DNA from: an uncultured Methanosarcinales archaeon
Lineage (GTDB): Archaea; Nanobdellota; Nanobdellia; Woesearchaeales; CAZZGN01
Length of the DNA: 35,112 bases
Reading direction: 5' to 3'
Assembly (NCBI GenBank): GCA_964654165.1
Contig: CAZZGN010000002.1
Span: 1-35,112 of the forward strand
The notes beneath the pieces were generated by a model. That model did no database searches and was not told where the DNA came from. It saw only the letters and a program-made list of their open reading frames with translations. Positions 32,401-35,112 of the stretch are shown in pieces. Numbering within the stretch: the first letter of the stretch is position 1; every line of letters starts with the position of its first letter. The position numbers were made by a program, and so were the translations under genes.

Positions 32401-33242
32401 CGTTAATGAGTACACTTTTTACAAAGCTTAAGGCAGACTTGAAAGTAGATATGGAAGCAATATTTCTTTATGGTGCTGCAGGAATAGGAACTACTACTCC
32501 AACTATTTCAGATACTCAGCTTGATAGTGAAGTGTTTAGGGGTGCGATTGATGATGTTGATCAGAGTCAGGCAGATAGTATTACTGTAAGTTTACAGATT
32601 GAGCCATCTGAAGGTAATGGTTTTAGTATGGGAGAAGGAGGAGTTTTTCTTGAAGGAAGATATCCTGTTGATAATTGTGATACTTCGGACTGGAGTGATA
32701 GTGCAGATATGACAACGAGTTTGAATAATACAACTTTTTATGAAGGAACTGGATCTCTTGATATTACTAAAGATGATACTAATACTGATACTGCAAGCAC
32801 ATCAAAAACGACAACATCCCAAGATTTCACAAGTAAACAATTCACTATCTTTATTTATATTAAAGATGCAGCAGCACTTGCAAAGCTTACTGCAACTGAT
32901 GCTCTTACTATTCGTTTTGGAAGTGGGGCTGGAGATTATTATCAGTGGACTAAAGATGCAGCAGATCTTGCAGTAGGATGGAATGTTGTAACAAATCTTA
33001 ATTCAGGTAATGCTGATAGCACAACTGGAACTCCTGTATTAGCTGCAATGGATTATACTTATGTTGCTCTAAAAGCAACTGCAGCAGGAATAACTTGGAG
33101 TGCAGGAGATTTTATAATGGATGATATAAGGCTTGTTGGTGGAACAATGTATATAAGAAATACTTTGATCCCAATAAATAAGACAGATGATATCAGGTTA
33201 TATTATGATTTTAATGTAGCAATGGATATCACGGAGGGATAA
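32397..33242 (+). CDS. baseplate/receptor-binding protein candidate with carbohydrate-binding-module-like region
   Basis: I prefer ATG 32397 (ATGA overlap, GGTGA upstream) over the track TTG 32373. DTSDWSDSADMTTSLNNTTFYEGTGSLDITK resembles the opening strands of CBM/jelly-roll modules. Confidence 0.45.
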   Translation: MTLMSTLFTKLKADLKVDMEAIFLYGAAGIGTTTPTISDTQLDSEVFRGAIDDVDQSQADSITVSLQIEPSEGNGFSMGEGGVFLEGRYPVDNCDTSDWSDSADMTTSLNNTTFYEGTGSLDITKDDTNTDTASTSKTTTSQDFTSKQFTIFIYIKDAAALAKLTATDALTIRFGSGAGDYYQWTKDAADLAVGWNVVTNLNSGNADSTTGTPVLAAMDYTYVALKATAAGITWSAGDFIMDDIRLVGGTMYIRNTLIPINKTDDIRLYYDFNVAMDITEG

Positions 33243-33243
33243 A

Positions 33244-33945
33244 ATGACGGTAAGAGTAGTACAGGGTGGAGCAGTATTTGATACAAATAGTACTCTTCCT
33301 TTTGGAGATTTTAATGATACTTATAGAGCTTTAGATGCGCCAGTTGGTGCAACAATATTTTGGAATAAGACACCAAGTTGGGGAACATTAAGTACAGGAA
33401 CAGCAGATACAGATACAGCAAATAAACTTGAAGATTCTGGTGCAACATTTGAGAGTGATGGTATACTTCCAGGAATGATTATTCAAAATACTACAGATGG
33501 AACTTTTGGAATTGTTGATACTGTTGATGGTGAGGATACAATAACAATCAAAGCAGATACTCAGGCCGGAAGTAGTGCAACAGATGTGTTTCCTGATGGT
33601 AATGAGAATTATGAAATTTATGGCATATATGAATTAGGAGATGCATGGTATGAATATGGAAATATTACATTCAGTGATGCAAACAGTCCTTTGAATGGAA
33701 AAACGATTCCTGATTATAATGGGGAGAATAGGTTTATCAAAACTGATGTTACAAGCAGCACAGAAAGTGCAGGAGTACCTCATACTCACTCTGGAACAAC
33801 AGGAAACAGTGGAGCAAATGTTGGTGGTGGAGTAACTCATGGTGTAGGAACAGGACAGCATACTCACCCATTTACAAGTGGAAACGGAAGCGTGATTGGT
33901 GAACCAAAGAATGTAACTTTGGTATTGATAATGAAGATAAAATGA
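33244..33945 (+). CDS. tail-collar-domain-like fibre protein
   Basis: 233 aa. GKTIPDYNGENRFIK resembles the tail-collar ..LPDLRGRF.. motif. It also has the histidine motifs PHTHSG and GQHTHPF, and a C-terminal NVTLVLIMKI like the family terminus. Confidence 0.5.
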   Translation: MTVRVVQGGAVFDTNSTLPFGDFNDTYRALDAPVGATIFWNKTPSWGTLSTGTADTDTANKLEDSGATFESDGILPGMIIQNTTDGTFGIVDTVDGEDTITIKADTQAGSSATDVFPDGNENYEIYGIYELGDAWYEYGNITFSDANSPLNGKTIPDYNGENRFIKTDVTSSTESAGVPHTHSGTTGNSGANVGGGVTHGVGTGQHTHPFTSGNGSVIGEPKNVTLVLIMKIK

Positions 33946-34223
33946 GCGGAGATAAAAATTATACAAAGATACTGGAAGCTTTAGAAGTAATTCATAATAG
34001 GTTTCCTGATATGAGATTCGGACAAGTACTGCAGACAGCACTGGACAACAGCAAGAAAAGAAACAATGTTGACTTTCATGATATTTCGAGTAAAGAATTT
34101 TTAAAGATCCTTGATGGTTTTAAGGTAATTAATGAAGAAGCAAGAAAGAGATCTTTAAAGGTTAAACAAAAGCTTATTGAAAAAAGAAAACTAAGGGTTA
34201 CTGGAAGCAGATTAATGAAGTGA
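33942..34223 (+). CDS. hypothetical protein
   Basis: 93 aa, ATGA-coupled to the upstream gene, with a basic C-terminus. No recognisable motif. Confidence 0.45.
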   Translation: MSGDKNYTKILEALEVIHNRFPDMRFGQVLQTALDNSKKRNNVDFHDISSKEFLKILDGFKVINEEARKRSLKVKQKLIEKRKLRVTGSRLMK

Positions 34224-34227
34224 GGTT

Positions 34228-34515
34228 ATGTTTATGGCAGCGAAAAAGATAAGTTTGATTGATAGCAGGGAAACTCGAGATGCAATATTTGATATTAAGA
34301 GTATGGTTTCAGATTTGGCTGTAAAGTTTGAGAATTTAAAAGTGAAGACTGAAAGTCATGAGGGAAAATTGGATAAGCAGGAGAATAAGATTTTGAATAT
34401 CATGATTAAGCAGGGTGCGCAGACGACTTGGGATAAGATTAAGAGTGGGGTTATTTATGTTCAGAGTTGTGCTTGTGGTGCGATGTTTACTTATATACTT
34501 ATGAAATTAATATGA
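34228..34515 (+). CDS. small protein with C-terminal transmembrane segment (holin/lysis-associated candidate)
   Basis: 95 aa. A coiled-coil-like N-terminus is followed by the hydrophobic tail VIYVQSCACGAMFTYILMKLI. It lies at the end of the late operon. Confidence 0.4.
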   Translation: MFMAAKKISLIDSRETRDAIFDIKSMVSDLAVKFENLKVKTESHEGKLDKQENKILNIMIKQGAQTTWDKIKSGVIYVQSCACGAMFTYILMKLI

Positions 34516-34536
34516 TATAAAATGGAGGTTATCATA

Positions 34537-34752
34537 ATGGATCAAAGCGAAAGAGGAAAGTTAAATATTGAGGATTTGAAGAAGTTAGGTAAGAGTGCAG
34601 GTATTGCTTTTGGTGGTGCGGCACTTGTTATTGCAGGAGAGATTGTTCTTCCAGGACTAAAGGATATTATTGATGTTAGTTATTTGGATGCAGTATTTTT
34701 GGCAGCTTCTTCTTGGTGTGTTAATTTCGGAATGAAATTATGGAAAAAATAG
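34537..34752 (+). CDS. two-TM small membrane protein (holin-like)
   Basis: I prefer ATG 34537 (GGAGG 8 nt upstream) over 34522. The hydrophobic segments are AGIAFGGAALVIAGEIVL and AVFLAASSWCVNFGM, and the C-terminus is basic (KLWKK). Confidence 0.45.
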   Translation: MDQSERGKLNIEDLKKLGKSAGIAFGGAALVIAGEIVLPGLKDIIDVSYLDAVFLAASSWCVNFGMKLWKK

Positions 34753-34756
34753 ATCC

Positions 34757-34780
34757 TTTTTTTCTTTATTTTTTATATTT
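34757..34780 (+). terminator. T-rich tract after the last late gene
   Basis: CTTTTTTTCTTTATTTTTTATATTT follows directly after the stop at 34752. Confidence 0.45.
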
Positions 34781-34808
34781 TCGATTTCTGAAAAGATTTA
34801 TATATCAG

Positions 34809-34847
34809 TTATCCTTTAGAAAAAAGTGATTAGAGGATAATTATCCT
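34809..34847. repeat. perfect 14-bp palindrome AGGATAATTATCCT plus an upstream TTATCCT half-site
   Basis: The palindrome is at 34834-34847 and the extra half-site at 34809-34815. Both lie in the 320-bp intergenic region at the right end of the window. Confidence 0.6.
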
Positions 34848-35073
34848 TAATTATTTTTTAATTAATTTGAAAAAAGAAAAGAAAAAGAACCAAAAACACA
34901 ACCGCAAATGATGTTAAGATTCTTTCTCTATATAAAACCTTTGATTTAAGCTATTTTGAAGTATAATAAAATATAATTTTTATATAATTTTTAAGCTGAA
35001 AAGAAAGGTTTTGTTGACTATTTTCAATTGAATTAATTAAAAATTAATTAACAAAATATTGGAGATGATATGA

Positions 35074-35112
35074 ATGGCAAGAACAAAAAGTTATAAAATA
35101 GTGAAAACAATA
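35074..35112 (+). CDS. 5' end of an unidentified gene (truncated by the window)
   Basis: ATG 35074 is preceded by ATTGGAGATGA with a 9-nt spacer. It reads MARTKSYKIVKTI... to the window end. Confidence 0.3.
   Translation, partial: MARTKSYKIVKTI

Noticed and set aside
1188-32976. Plus-strand alternative-frame ORFs nested in larger genes: 1188..1388, 10606..10788, 10867..11070, 12618..12899, 13272..13511, 17102..17362, 18037..18273, 26556..26819, 27182..27373, 28000..28182, 32021..32209 and 32740..32976.
   Set aside because: They are fully embedded in genes with clear motif support. Their composition is Leu/Ile-rich and out-of-frame in character, and they lack independent start signals.
34753-35112. 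The right-end spacer interpreted as a prophage attachment site or integration boundary.
   Set aside because: No integrase, tRNA fragment or direct repeat matching the left end of the window could be identified, so the evidence is insufficient.

Overview
This AT-rich ~35-kb window (about one-third G+C in the lines I hand-counted) has every supportable gene on the + strand, tightly packed and often translationally coupled. It reads as a near-complete genome or provirus of a tailed dsDNA virus with a non-contractile, siphovirus-like tail. The gene order starts with early, regulatory and DNA-modification genes: a SWIM protein, many mini zinc-ribbon proteins, an RHH repressor, two ParB/Srx-fold proteins, a C5 cytosine methyltransferase and YopX. 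Packaging and head genes follow: a putative small terminase, a 0.5-kb ORF-free structured region, large terminase, portal(+MuF), a prohead protease-scaffold fusion, an HK97-like major capsid protein and a beta-helix protein. Next is a self-contained 7.7-kb operon of exported proteins: a Sec-signal 1132-aa sequon-rich protein, a membrane-anchored LamG/beta-helix protein and a Tat/lipobox-like trypsin-like protease. The window ends with neck genes, tail tube, a chaperone with a -1 frameshift, tape measure, distal tail/tip/fibre proteins and small holin-like membrane proteins. A ~20-nt BRE/TATA-like motif recurs six times ahead of modules, once as an exact copy inside the protease-scaffold gene, with spacing compatible with leaderless mRNAs. 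Together with the zinc-ribbon/RHH richness and the N-glycosylation sequon density, this makes an archaeal host a reasonable but unproven inference; a bacterial extended -10 reading is the alternative. I could not support any tRNA, rRNA, CRISPR array, integrase, polymerase or recognisable lysin. All family assignments come from motif recognition by eye, with no database search.
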